A model generated the notes under the pieces. It was not told the origin of the DNA. It worked only from the letters and a program-made list of their open reading frames with translations, and did not search any database. From positions 1-64,000 of the forward strand of contig JAPEUD010000092.1 of assembly GCA_026026165.1 (NCBI GenBank): a DNA stretch of 64,000 bases. The letters run 5' to 3'. Positions 1-11,597 of this stretch are shown here, piece by piece; within the stretch, counting starts at the first letter, position 1; each line of letters begins with the position of its first letter. The stretch is from Sarea resinae (taxonomy: Eukaryota). The position numbers were made by a program, and so were the translations under genes.

Positions 1-127
1 CTTCTTCTTCTTCTTCTTCTTCTTCTTCTTCTTCTTCTTCTTCTTCTTCTTCTTCTTCTTCTTCTTCTTCTTCTTCTTCTTCTTCTTCTTCTTCTTCTTC
101 TTCTTCTTCTTCTTCTTCTTCTTCTTC
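1..127. repeat. (CTT)n trinucleotide microsatellite, about 42 perfect units, running off the window start
   Basis: Read directly from the sequence; followed by short tandem duplications (gcgtgctgctt, tctatcgatgtct, caaccaactagc) downstream of wetA. Confidence 0.99.
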
Positions 128-329
128 AGAACTGATCATGCGTGCTGCTTGCGTGCTGCTTGCGTGCTTGCTGCTGCTCTATCGATGTCTTCTCTATCGA
201 TGTCTCTCACCAACCAACTAGCCAACCAATCAACCAACCAGACAATCAACTAGCCAACTAGCCAATGGCAGCGGGACTTCCGCTATACATACAACGCCCC
301 GTGCCTTGTCCTGGCTTGTCCTGCCTGCC

Positions 330-2360
330 TCAAGCCACCAACCCGCGCTTAAACGCCTCGACATCGCCCCCCGCATCCGAGACGGCTCGCAGGGCGGCCT
401 CGACACCCCGGCGCCGGCGCGCCTCGGCCTCCTTCTCGCGCCGGGCTTTCGTCTTGCTGGACCCGGACGGCGCCACGCCCGTCAGGAGCTTGCGGCTGTC
501 CGAGGGCGTGAAGTTGATGAAGCCGGCGGCGCGCTGGGCGGTCGTGGGTGTGATGGGCGTCATGGGTGAGGAGAGGGGGGCGTTGGTGGGTGTGAATTGG
601 TTTGGGTTGGCGGTGGTGGTAGAGGTAGAGGTAGAGGGATGATGTTGATGATGGGGTGTTTGCGGTGTCAGGGGCGGCATGGGGATGGTGGCGGTGGTGG
701 AGGCTTGGTGGGGCGGCGGCAGAGGAAACGTTTGCAGCGACGACCGGCTCATGCTGCCGGCGGTGCCGACCGAAGACGCCGACGACGTCGAGAGCGCGGA
801 ATGATGGCTCGCCGGCGGGGAGGGGGGCGAGTTCGTCGCCATGGCCATCGTCATCATCGGTGGAGCCGCTGTCGGTGCTCGCGCCACGGCTGCATATTCC
901 GCGACGCGACTGCGGTGGGCGGCCGCGGCCGGACCCGCGTTGCGAGCCTGTCGGCGGCGCGGCGTGCGGATGGCTTTGGACACGCGCGCGGTTTGAGGCG
1001 TCGTCGGTGGGGACGTGGTCTTGGTTGTGGGTTTGGCAGGTAGAGCCTGACGACGACGCTGTTGTTGCTGTGGTGGTGGTGGCGCTGCTGCTGCTTGGGC
1101 CTGGTGTTGCGCCTGGCCGATCAATGTATGGGCGCCATGGCCTGGAAGATATCCCGGACTACCGGAAGGTAAACCGAAGGTGTCGGTCGTAGATGAAAGA
1201 CCGGGATGTTGATGATTTGGCGGCAACTGGACGAACAGGCCCTGGCTTGCAAAATCACTCGGCACGAATTGCGGATGCGTGATGTGGATCAGATGCGCCG
1301 AGGCCTGGTGAGCCTTCTGCTGCGCTGACAGATGCTCCCTCGAGGCGTAGGACGACTGCTGCGGTAGAGGGGTGGTGGGCCAGTGCCACTGGTGTGGCGC
1401 TGCGGGGTGGAAAAGGGCCATGCCATCTGGAGAGGCGAAGAATGCAGAGGAGAGAGAATTGGTGGCCGGTGGGGTTTGAAGGGCATTTGCGGACAAGTAC
1501 GTGGGAGCTTCATGGCGAGGGGCGATTGGCGACGGAGAGGGAGTGAAATGGGCGGAGAAGTCGATGACTTTCTCATCGGCCGCTTCTTCGTCCTCTTCCC
1601 ACTCATTGTCTTCCTCGATGAATTCCGCCGAGTCGAGTTCGTCTTCCTCGCACGCCAGATCTGCACCCAACGATCCAGTCACTTTCTGGTCGTCGCATTG
1701 TGAGACCTTGGCCGATGGAGGAGGCGAGATCGGTTGCTGCATCGGATGTTCCATCTGCTGCGCCCAGGATCTCTGGAATACCTCTGCACTTGTGCGGGAG
1801 GGGTGTGCTATCCTGGCTGACAGCGTGGCGATTGACTTCTTCCTTGCGGCATCTGGCACGCGTCGTTGGATCTTGTTGACTCCTTTTTTGGAATGCAACG
1901 GCGATGGCGTGTGGGGTGGTGAGGACGGAGACGAGAGCGTGGACGAAGGAATGAAGGCGGGTATTTGAGGAGGCAGCAGGCTCAATTGATTGTCCGAAAT
2001 GACAGCTTTGGTGGGTGCCTCGAAAGAGAACGGGAAGTGGTTGTTATTCCCGAATGGTAATGCGCCGTTCTGATGTTCCGGAAATGGCAGAGCATCAGGA
2101 CCCCTTGCTTCCCATCCCAAGATAGGCGAGCTAATCGTGGGGTCGCTCCCGCTTGATAACGTATCCATTTGGAAGGAAACTCCCAAGTCGTCAGACATGT
2201 CAGGTGCGACTAGACTACCATTGTAGTCGGAAGAATCAAAATTGACGTATTGGTGAAAGAGATCATCCAGTGTCTCGCCGAGTGGATGTTGGATGTCGGA
2301 GAATTCTTTGTTCTCAATAGTGGGTAGCGCAAAATCAAATCGACTCTTTAGCGCCATCAT
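330..2360 (-). CDS. wetA: Developmental regulator WetA (spore maturation transcription factor)
   Basis: C-terminal GFINFTPSDSRKLLTGVAPSGSSKTKARREKEA...AALRAVSDAGGDVEA is the ESC1/WetA domain; N-terminal DDLFHQYVNFD also resembles WetA; single ORF, first ATG at 2360. Confidence 0.92.
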   Translation of the reverse strand: MMALKSRFDFALPTIENKEFSDIQHPLGETLDDLFHQYVNFDSSDYNGSLVAPDMSDDLGVSFQMDTLSSGSDPTISSPILGWEARGPDALPFPEHQNGALPFGNNNHFPFSFEAPTKAVISDNQLSLLPPQIPAFIPSSTLSSPSSPPHTPSPLHSKKGVNKIQRRVPDAARKKSIATLSARIAHPSRTSAEVFQRSWAQQMEHPMQQPISPPPSAKVSQCDDQKVTGSLGADLACEEDELDSAEFIEEDNEWEEDEEAADEKVIDFSAHFTPSPSPIAPRHEAPTYLSANALQTPPATNSLSSAFFASPDGMALFHPAAPHQWHWPTTPLPQQSSYASREHLSAQQKAHQASAHLIHITHPQFVPSDFASQGLFVQLPPNHQHPGLSSTTDTFGLPSGSPGYLPGHGAHTLIGQAQHQAQAAAAPPPPQQQQRRRQALPAKPTTKTTSPPTTPQTARVSKAIRTPRRRQARNAGPAAAAHRSRVAEYAAVARAPTAAPPMMTMAMATNSPPSPPASHHSALSTSSASSVGTAGSMSRSSLQTFPLPPPHQASTTATIPMPPLTPQTPHHQHHPSTSTSTTTANPNQFTPTNAPLSSPMTPITPTTAQRAAGFINFTPSDSRKLLTGVAPSGSSKTKARREKEAEARRRRGVEAALRAVSDAGGDVEAFKRGLVA

Positions 2361-2456
2361 CTTCGACGGCGCCAGATCTGCCGCTTCGTTCCTGATCTCA
2401 AACAAGTCTGTCGGTATTGACAGATGTTAGGGGTGCGCTCGGATGACCAAGGTTCA

Positions 2457-3554
2457 AGAATGCGTAGCGTATCTAGGAACAACGGGGCAACGAGCCAAAA
2501 ATTTAGTGTGTTTGCAATCAATGATCATGCACGATGAAGCAAATTGAAGCAAACAAACAAACAGACCAGAGAGAGATATATAACTTATGAAAACAAACGG
2601 CGCAAAACTGAAGCCAGCCTCCTTCAATTCCATTTTCTCGAGAAACCGCTCAAGCAGCATTGTGTGGAATGTAGGGTTAGAGAATCGCCAGACCCTATCA
2701 GCATCCCGTGATATCTGCTAGAAGCTGCTTGACACTCGATCAAACACCTTCAAACACCATCAAACAGACCAAACTCGAAACGGGGCTGGACAATCTTGCG
2801 AGAGGCCAACTTCTTGGTTGGTGGCGGGCGAAATTGCGAAAATTCCAATTGCGGCCACGACGAAGAATGTACCTGGTGGGTGCCAGCCACACCTCAGCAT
2901 TGGAGCAGCATTACCCGACCACCATAGCCATTGTCTCATAGGAGGTGGTTGAGAAAACGGCCTAATTAATGGTGATAAGCGCAGGAATGTTGATCGATAT
3001 ACACTGTCTCTAAAAATAAGCCAAAAGGTGTGGATTCTGTGCGCACCCTCTTGTAGCATAACGAAATGGGTCCTTGTCGAAAGCCACACGATGAATGGGC
3101 TTTGAGACAGAAAGAAAGGAAACATTGAGACGATATAGCATATAAAAGATTATAGAATATGATACTCCAGTCTAGTGCAATCTCCAATAGGACAAACGAA
3201 TCTCGGATCCACTGGCGACCTGTGAGCATAGCCTCAGAAAAGCTTCTCGATTGACAAAGTCAAAGAAAGAGCAACAAGGCAGTCAAGCATTCTTTGAAGT
3301 GGCAAGTGACGTTCAGTCTGGCGTCTACCAAAAGGTAACCAGCCTCCTTGACTAGCGCCAGGGTCCGCTGAAGGATCCTCCGCGAGCCTCTGGCTAGGTC
3401 AGCGTATGAAATGGTAGTATCCAGCCTCCTCAATTTTTGAATAAAGATGTTAGATTATTGTGAAAATACTTGTCCGTGGTCAGGCGCCGCATCTAGCCAC
3501 CGCCGGCTATGGAGTCCATTATCCAGTCGACTGGAATGAAGGCGGGTGGGAATG
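2457..3554 (-). promoter_or_regulatory. Cluster of AbaA response elements (CATTCY) upstream of wetA
   Basis: CATTCY or its reverse complement at 2457, 2666, 2864, 2984, 3288, 3533 and 3549. Confidence 0.6.
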
Positions 3555-4166
3555 TAGGCTTGGGACGCTCTTGGAGTCGGCAAAACCTGCCAGCTTCCAA
3601 GAACATCAGCGCATTCGCAGTCTCTAGTCTTCAATGTGCTCGTCAAAGAGTTTGAACTCTTTGAAGTCCCATCATGTGGAGTTTCTTTGTTTGATGAGGC
3701 TTGGAAGTCGGATAGTCGTCAACCCATGATAGTAAGACTGAGAGGGGTATGATGACTAAGCGTGCACATTTGACGGTGGCCTTGGCACCTCTTCCGACTC
3801 CGACTTGAACAGAGTACTCGAGTACTCCGGAGTAGGTGCTTAGGGATGTAGGTACTGCAAGCTGAGTGATGAATTCAACCTCTGTAGGCCATTGTGGCGA
3901 TTGATCAACTGTCGATTTGCAAATATTTACATCTTGTGATGTCATCCTTGGGAATAAATCAAATCTGATGTTCCGTCCAGCTGATGCCTTCTACCAAGGT
4001 GATATTTTGGTATCTGGATAGTACTCCGATATTCTAACATTTATCAACACTAGAATAAAAAAATAGTTACAACGCCATAGCAGCGTAGAGAGCGGAAGCT
4101 ACTTCTCAAAGGAATTCGCAGGAAATGGTCAATGTAATACAATGCAACCCTCGGGCTTTCTCCCAT

Positions 4167-5158
4167 TCAAGCATCGAGGTTCTTGATCTCCGGCATCTTG
4201 CCCAGCCCACCTCCACCGATTCCTTGCACGCCTTGAGCCAGAGAATCTCCCCCAACTCCGGGAGAAGACTCCTCGTGTACACCCCCGGCTGATCGCGCAA
4301 TGACGTGCTTCCTCAACAGAGACAGAATCTCCGAGTTCTTCCACCTCTGGGGCACCGGCCTGTACGCTGGCTTGAATGTTCCGACAGTCTGCGCCCACTC
4401 TCCAGTCGCCGGCTTCACTGGATCTGCTGAGCCTTGGGCCGCAGGAGTAGCCGTACCATGCCCACCACCCTCGGCTGTCTCGTGACTGGTAGCAGGGGGT
4501 GTTTGAGTGGCCCAGTAGAAAATGTCCCAATCGTTCTCGTCGAGGAAGCGATCATATTGTTCCAACTGCTTAGGAGTCATGTGGGGGAGATTGATGTCGG
4601 CGAAGGTGGACAGCAGGAGATCACTTTCGAGGATGCCCCGTTTCCGACTCTGGTCTGCACGCCATCGTGGATACGTTAGTTCAGCCTTTGCATGAGAGAT
4701 GAGTCCAAGGACGAACACAACAACCTAGCCCGGGTGGTATTCACGTCCTCCCCAGTCCTTTTAATGGGCTCAACTTTAAAGGATACATCCTCCATTTCTC
4801 CCACTCCGAGTTCTCCCAGCTCGGCATTGGGTCCTTTCGCAGGCGCCGTCTTCTGGGTTTTGCCCGTCATGCGCTCGGTGTTTTCGGGAACATGATCCTC
4901 GGGCGTGTATTCTGGATCGACAGAGCTGATCAATTCCGGAGGTGCCTTGTCTTCACCAACATTGGGAACGTCGTTTCCGATCGTCGAGGTGGTGTTGGTC
5001 ATATGGGGATTCAGCGGCTTCTCCGTCTGCTTCTTCCGCCACTCGGCGGCATTCTCGTTGGAGCGCTCGTCCGCGAGGAAACGGGAAGATGTGCTGAGGG
5101 GACGACCGAGGTTGCGCGCAGGAGCTGCAGCTCGAGAGAAAAGTCTGAGCGATGCCAT
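4167..5158 (-). CDS. SDH5: Succinate dehydrogenase assembly factor 2, mitochondrial; 2 exons (intron 4655-4716)
   Basis: Splicing GTTCGT..CTAAC..CAG joins [24 protein letters not shown]...[14 protein letters not shown]; Arg/Ser-rich presequence. Confidence 0.95.
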
Positions 5159-5781
5159 ATTGTTTGAGCAAATTGATGTGATGGATGATAATAAAATGGT
5201 AGGAAACTAATGAGGATTCCACAAGCTCAACTACACGCAGGCAGCTCGATAGCTCGGCTACCGACCTAGTTTTGAGTGCGACAATTCCCGATCCCCTCAC
5301 CAAAGTAGCTGACATCATCGAATGCATCACACTGCAGCTATCGACCTTGGAGGACCGCAATTATTGTCCACTCACGTTGCTTCTCTTGCTAACGGTTCAG
5401 TGATAGAGGAACCACTGTTTGCTGCTTCGTAGAGTAGTTTAAATCACACTCGAGCTGATGGGCGATTATCTACTTTTTATATCCGTACGGTCGATTGGCA
5501 TTTAGCTTCACGATTTCCACGTAGCTAGCAGAGGAATCCAAAGAATCATCCACGCGTCTTTCTTGCTTTGATAACCAGAGGGTCTAGCCCTGTAATTGGC
5601 CAAGGTGATTAATAGCCCTTTTGAAGCTCAAGACGCTAGGACATCTATATATCTACGCAAGAATATGTAGCAAATTGATAGCGAGGGAAGAAAGACCAGC
5701 TTCCACGCTTCTACACCAGAGTATATGCTCGTGAATAGCGCGACGTAAATATACTAGGCAAATAATAAGGATTCCGAGCCT

Positions 5782-7842
5782 CTAAGCAGCCTCACCCGGC
5801 GGGTGAGGTGGTGGGACACCCAAGACATCGAAGCCGCGCCCGTATACGGCATCCCAATCGAAATGAACATCGTGGTTTTCGATGCCAAAAGCGCGTACCA
5901 TTGCCTCCTCCTCTTTCTCCTTTTCTTGCTCTTCATCCTTGGCCCTATCATCTCCCTCGTCTGAAATGACGTCTCTAACTTTTCCAGCACCTTCTTTACT
6001 CTTCCCTTTCGCGCCCTGTCCCCATATGGCTCGAGTTTTCGGATCCATAAAGGTACCAATGTGACGAAAGGTCAATGAGATACGTTGAGTGTCGAAGGCG
6101 ATTTCGGCGGGGGCTTTGGCGACAGGAGGACGCCGGTCTGGCCGAATAGCATGGAGCCAGCGAGTGTTTGTGAGCGGGCCAAGGGTGAATATGGAATTGT
6201 GTGGGAGGGTAACACGTTGAGCTTTTCTAGGTTCGCCTTCTTCTGATGCTTCTCGTAAAATCTCTCGCGCGCTATTGTCCCTCCCCTCCCCTCTATGACT
6301 AGACGGAGACCCCTTGGATGTTGGAAGAGCCTTCTTAGTCCTCAACGTCATAGTCCTCTGTGCACCCAAGCTCACGTTGACAATGCTCGATCCGCGGACG
6401 ATATCCAGCGTCTTGTCCGAATGTTCCGAGATATTGTCTTCGCCACTACGGTAGCACTGGATGAGGACGTGATTGACGGGATGCTTGACTAGTTTCTGCA
6501 CTTCCTCTCGAATGGCAGATACGGTTGGGGAAAAGGGTTGGAGGAGAGGGGACTCGTCTGCAGGATGTCTATAGATCGGTACGGATCCGTCTTCGCCGAT
6601 ATCGCCTTGCACGGCTACGAGGCGAGGAACTTCGCCTCCTCGGTGGTGCATCGTCTGCCATTTCACTTCGCTCTGAAGCTTTTGGAAGACCTCCTGAGCC
6701 ATCGAAGAAGGTAGAAAGTCATGTACCAGCTGACAATCGCCTTCTGCTATAGCATCTCCACGGCTCTTCGTCTTCTCAGAAGATTCCCTTTTTCGTACGC
6801 GTGTCCTGGTTCTAACCTTGCAAGATGCAGCGGTGCTACTTTGCGAACTGTAAGCAATGTTGGGTGGCCTCTCCCAGTCCACGTCCTTGGGAAGGGCAAT
6901 TTTCTCATCCTGAGGCTTGATTCCTTTGGTTACGACCGCATTGCCGGCAGGATCTGCATCGTCAGGACCACCGTTCAGTCTCATTCCTTTCAAAAGCTGG
7001 AGAATGTCACCGCCTGAGGTGCTACCTACAGACGCCAGAGAGCCCATCTCAAGATTCTTCTCCGTCTTGACCGTCTTTAGAGTGCGACGGAGTTCGCCGC
7101 TATTCATGGAGTCTGCACCCATCAATTCCGTCATCTGCCGCATCGCTTCGTTGTGTCTCGCCTCACTTCGGTAGCCGAGGCAATCTTCAAGAATGGTGAT
7201 GGAGAAGCCATGGCGGGCTGCATCCAGAGCTGTCGCATAGACGGAGATATTAGACAGGGATCCGCAGATGTACAAGTCTGTCACGATTCTGCTCCTCAAT
7301 GTGGATAGCAGCGAGGTATTTTTGAAAGCCGAATAGTAAGACTTGGTCACCGTACTGTCTTCGGCAGGGTCAACGACTGAAGACATACAACCCATTATTT
7401 CCGCACCGGAAGAACCGGGCAAGCAGCATTGCGGTTCCTGACCGGATGCTGACACTGACAGGAAAGCCTCGTCAAGCTCCTCGGGAGACGTGCTTTTATG
7501 TGTCCCCGCCCGTGGTGTTTCACGCGTGGTCGACTTCGACGGACCCGCCGACGGCAAATCGCCCTCTTCGCTTTCATCCTCGAGTTGCTCATCCGTCACG
7601 ATGGCTTCCCCTTTGCCACGAGCGTCATTGGCAAGTCTCGACCCTTCGAATTCCGTTCGCACCCAGACGACCAGACCCTTTTCGCGGAAAGCGGGCACGA
7701 CGTCCTTGATATTCTGCACGAAACGAATGCCGTTCTTCAGTGGCAGTTTCCCCTCTGGCGATAAGAAGTCGGTCTGCAGGTCAAGGATGATAAGAGCCTG
7801 GCCCGTCTCAAACTGCGGCAGGTCCTTGGGGATGGGGAACAT
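5782..7842 (-). CDS. Isochorismatase-like (cysteine hydrolase) domain fused to an AlkB-like 2OG-Fe(II) dioxygenase domain
   Basis: N-terminal ALIILDLQTDF...TKSYYSAF...GSLSNISVYATALDA; C-terminal EVPRLVAVQG...EHSDKT (HxD)...WLHAI...RISLTFR; intronless; ATG at 7842. Confidence 0.88.
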   Translation of the reverse strand: MFPIPKDLPQFETGQALIILDLQTDFLSPEGKLPLKNGIRFVQNIKDVVPAFREKGLVVWVRTEFEGSRLANDARGKGEAIVTDEQLEDESEEGDLPSAGPSKSTTRETPRAGTHKSTSPEELDEAFLSVSASGQEPQCCLPGSSGAEIMGCMSSVVDPAEDSTVTKSYYSAFKNTSLLSTLRSRIVTDLYICGSLSNISVYATALDAARHGFSITILEDCLGYRSEARHNEAMRQMTELMGADSMNSGELRRTLKTVKTEKNLEMGSLASVGSTSGGDILQLLKGMRLNGGPDDADPAGNAVVTKGIKPQDEKIALPKDVDWERPPNIAYSSQSSTAASCKVRTRTRVRKRESSEKTKSRGDAIAEGDCQLVHDFLPSSMAQEVFQKLQSEVKWQTMHHRGGEVPRLVAVQGDIGEDGSVPIYRHPADESPLLQPFSPTVSAIREEVQKLVKHPVNHVLIQCYRSGEDNISEHSDKTLDIVRGSSIVNVSLGAQRTMTLRTKKALPTSKGSPSSHRGEGRDNSAREILREASEEGEPRKAQRVTLPHNSIFTLGPLTNTRWLHAIRPDRRPPVAKAPAEIAFDTQRISLTFRHIGTFMDPKTRAIWGQGAKGKSKEGAGKVRDVISDEGDDRAKDEEQEKEKEEEAMVRAFGIENHDVHFDWDAVYGRGFDVLGVPPPHPPGEAA

Positions 7843-9006
7843 GGTGGCAGTAGGTCGGCGGCGATAGGGTTCGACCACAGAGAAGTGACGGTGGCGGCGC
7901 GGCTTGCAGCGGTGATGTAGTTGGAATAAGACAGGGGAAGGGAGAAGAATCACATCTCGGCAGTTGCAGCAGTAGCAACAGCAGTAGCAACAGCAGCAGC
8001 AGTAGCAGTAGCAGGAGCAGTAGCGGCAGCAGATAGATTGGCCTTAGATGAAGAGAGGTAGCACGATGCTGGAAACCACGGCAGTGACAATGGCTCGAGC
8101 ATCTGGAAGGCGGCGACGATGGAAGGAGCCGCACGGGACCGGCATGGGCAAGGTAGGTCTTTCACGAATACCAGAACAACAACAATGAGCTAGGTGCAGA
8201 TGACGATGAAGCCACGGACAGGATGGGAAAAGGCATGCCAAGAGGTCATATCGAGTGGTGTGGTGGTGGGTGGTTGTGGGTGGCAGTGGGTGGCAGTGGG
8301 TGGCAGTGGCCAGGTCCAGAACACTGATTCTTATTAAATAGCTGAGGGACTGGCAGCTACTCTGATGGGCCGGATGGAGATAAGATGAGATGGAAGGGGG
8401 AGAATGGATGAAGATGGATGACCATCTGCACTGGGCAATCTGATGATGATGAGGATGATGAGGATGATGATGGGAGACCGGGTGGGGAGGGGATGGGGGG
8501 GCGGCGTTTGGGGTGTGATGCCGCTCCAAATTGGACTAATTGGATGTACTCGCATGTACTCGTATGCACTCGAGTACCTACGCAGTAGTACGACGACCAT
8601 AGTTCTCCCGAGTACATCCGCGGATGGAGTACCGGGACCGGCAAGGATGCAACGTGGCCACCTCGTCCTTCGTACTGCGGACAAATGAGATGGAAGGGAC
8701 GAGACGAACCAACACCCGTGGACGGCCGGACCGTTCCGGGTGCGCTATCCGATGAGATGCGGTGTCATCGGCAGATCGAGGAACCCCCAACGCACCCTCG
8801 ACGGCGCCCCCAACAACGGCCCGGTCCTCTCCCTGCCTGGCGGACCTACATGAGGTAGGTCGAGTGCTAATCTACTCATACGATGTACGGAGTACGGAGT
8901 AGTAGTCCCGTGGAGCCTCGGGAGGCTTCCGTCGGTCCAGACGTCAAGGGGAATCTCGGCCTGTTACTGCGTACATACATAGTGGTACCTTGTTTAAATG
9001 CACGGG

Positions 9007-9037
<31 letters not shown>
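9007..9037. repeat. (CAT)n microsatellite, about 10 units
   Basis: Read directly, in the intergenic region between the AlkB-like and SRAP genes. Confidence 0.95.
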
Positions 9038-9353
9038 GTCGATCATGGGCATTGATCAATTGATGCATTGATTGATTGACCTTAGTCAGCCGAGATGCAC
9101 GCGTGTTTGGATGGATGCACGATCGGCGCGGCCATGGATCAATAATGATGCATCTTCGCTTATCGCCGTCGCCTCACTGCACCCTCGACTCTATCTACTA
9201 CGTACTACATAGTACTGCCGAAGGGAGGATCACTCTCTCACACCAAGACTCGACCGTCGAAGAAACAAGACTCGGAGACTCCGTAGATCAAAGTAGGGCT
9301 TGATACAAGAGATAGTATATCTGTGACTGTCGAAGCCTACTACTTCCCTCGCC

Positions 9354-11066
9354 ATGTGTGGGCGCTACGCCCTGGCCCAGGTGCGTCGATTCCACCCCAC
9401 CCCACCCCACCCCACCCCACCCCCCATCCCACTGCTCCTCCCCTGCCCCCCACCAAAGCTCATGTCGCTCCCTCTGCGGTGCAGCGCCCTTCTGATGTCC
9501 GTCGCCGTCTCTGCGACTGTGGCATGCCCGTCGACGAAGCTCCCGACGACGATGCCACGCGCCAGAGCTACAACGTCGCCCCCGGCTACTACGAGCTGGT
9601 CTACCGCGCCGACGTGCCAGATCACGGCGCCGGCACCCAGCACAGCAATGGTGAAGGCGGCGATGGCGAGGACGCGGGCGAGGCGGGACCAGAGGATGCC
9701 ACAGCGGCAGTCATGAAGGAAGACGAGCCCGAGAAAGTGAGATACAAGCTGCAAGCAATGAAATGGGGTGCGTCTCTCTTTTGCTTCACCTTTCTCCACC
9801 ACAAGCCACGCCTGTTACGGCACATACCCCAATGGAGCGCATCTTGACTCTGCATCCTAGGCCTCATACCTTTCTGGACCAAGCGGAACCCAGACTACGG
9901 CTCGATGATGCGCACCATCAACTGCCGCGACGACTCTCTCCTCGAGAATCGTGGCATGTGGACGACCATGAAACACAAGAAACGCTGCGTCGTCGTGTGC
10001 GAGGGTTTCTACGAATGGCTCAAGAAGAACGGCGGCAAGGAGAAGATCCCGCATTTCGTGAGGCGCAAGGACGGACAGCTGATGTGCTTCGCCGGCTTGT
10101 GGGACTGCGCCAAGTTTGAAGGTGATGGGCCATTGCAATCCCTTCGTATCCAGTTTTTCTTCCCAGCTGCTAGCAGAGGGGAACAAGAGGACTGACTGAA
10201 AGCCGTGATGATCAGGCTCGGACGAAAAACTCTACACCTATACAATCATCACGACCTCATCCTCGCCTAGCCTCCAATTCCTCCACGACCGCATGCCCGT
10301 GATCCTCGACGCCGGCAGCGCCGACCTCTTCACCTGGCTCTCGCCCCGCCTCACCACCTGGACCCCGCAGCTGCAATCGCTGCTGAAGCCCTACCGCGGC
10401 GACCTCGACGTCTACCCCGTGACGAAGGACGTCGGCAAAGTAGGCAACAACTCGCCCTCGTTCATCGTGCCGATCAACAGCGCCGAGAACAAAGCCAACA
10501 TTGCGAATTTCTTCGCCCACGCCAAGGGGGCCGCCAGCGGCAAGGGGCAGAAGGCGGCCATCAAAAAGGAAGAAGACGACGTGCGCCCCCAAGGAGTCAA
10601 AATCGAGCATGAGCCCGGAGAGAAGCGCGAGACCAGGGATGTGCAAGGGACCGAGGATAACGCGCCTCAGCCCAGCACGCCGCCAGCGCCGTCGTCACCA
10701 CCATCTGCGTCCTGCGGGGTGAAGTCAGAAGAACCGGACCGGCCCCACTCACCACCACCACCACCACCACCACCACCACCGCCACTACCAGCAAGCCAAG
10801 GCATCAAAAGAGAACACTCCTCGGACTCTATTTCCTCGCCCCCTCCACCAGACGAAAAGCCACCACGACCGCCGAAATCGCAAAAGACAACAACGACATC
10901 GACAACGACGACGCTGGAAACCCCGCCTTCACCACCCTCGAAAACGCCATCAGCAGCAGCCAAGAGGAAGACTCGCAGCTCCACCACCAACCACACCTCG
11001 CCCCAGAAAAAACCCCACACGAATAACGACGGCAGCCAGAAGATCACGGATTTCTTCCGGGCCTAA
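9354..11066 (+). CDS. SRAP-domain abasic-site protecting protein (HMCES/YMR114C-like); 4 exons (introns 9381-9484, 9768-9860, 10122-10215)
   Basis: N-terminal MCGRY; SYNVAPG; MKWGLIPFW; TINCRDD; RCVVVCEGFYEW; YTIITT; HDRMPVIL; C-terminal PIP-box-like QKITDFF. Confidence 0.94.
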
Positions 11067-11597
11067 GAAACGAATCCCATCTGTTTTGATCTCGGCGTTT
11101 TCCTTCACGCGGGTGGGGTGGGGTAGGCCCTGTGGTGGTAGTGCTAGTGGTAGTGGTGAGGGTGCTGGCGTTGCTGGCGTTGCTGATATCTTTGAGTGTG
11201 TGTGTGTGTGGCTATTCCGGGTGCTACATAGGAGCATGGGAAGGGAAAGACGACCCGTCAGGGACAGACGAGTGAATCGATACAATGAATGAAGCTTCTC
11301 CACTCAATATATGATCATCTTACCTATAAAATCACGGATAGCGAGCGGTCATGGGGACCCCTGGCAGGAAAGGAAGGGAAAGAAAACGAAAACGAAGTAG
11401 TCGTGTCATGGCTGAGAACAACCAGGTTCGGTGTCAGTTGAAATCAAGAGACAAAACATTCACTGGGGCAGGCACTGAAATCTCATTCATGATCCGTATC
11501 CCGTCCATTGTTACACGCAACTTTTTACACATAGGTAGCCAGAGCTGAAAAGCCCCGGATCGATTTTGAAATGCCTAAAGAAACATACGTGAATTCT

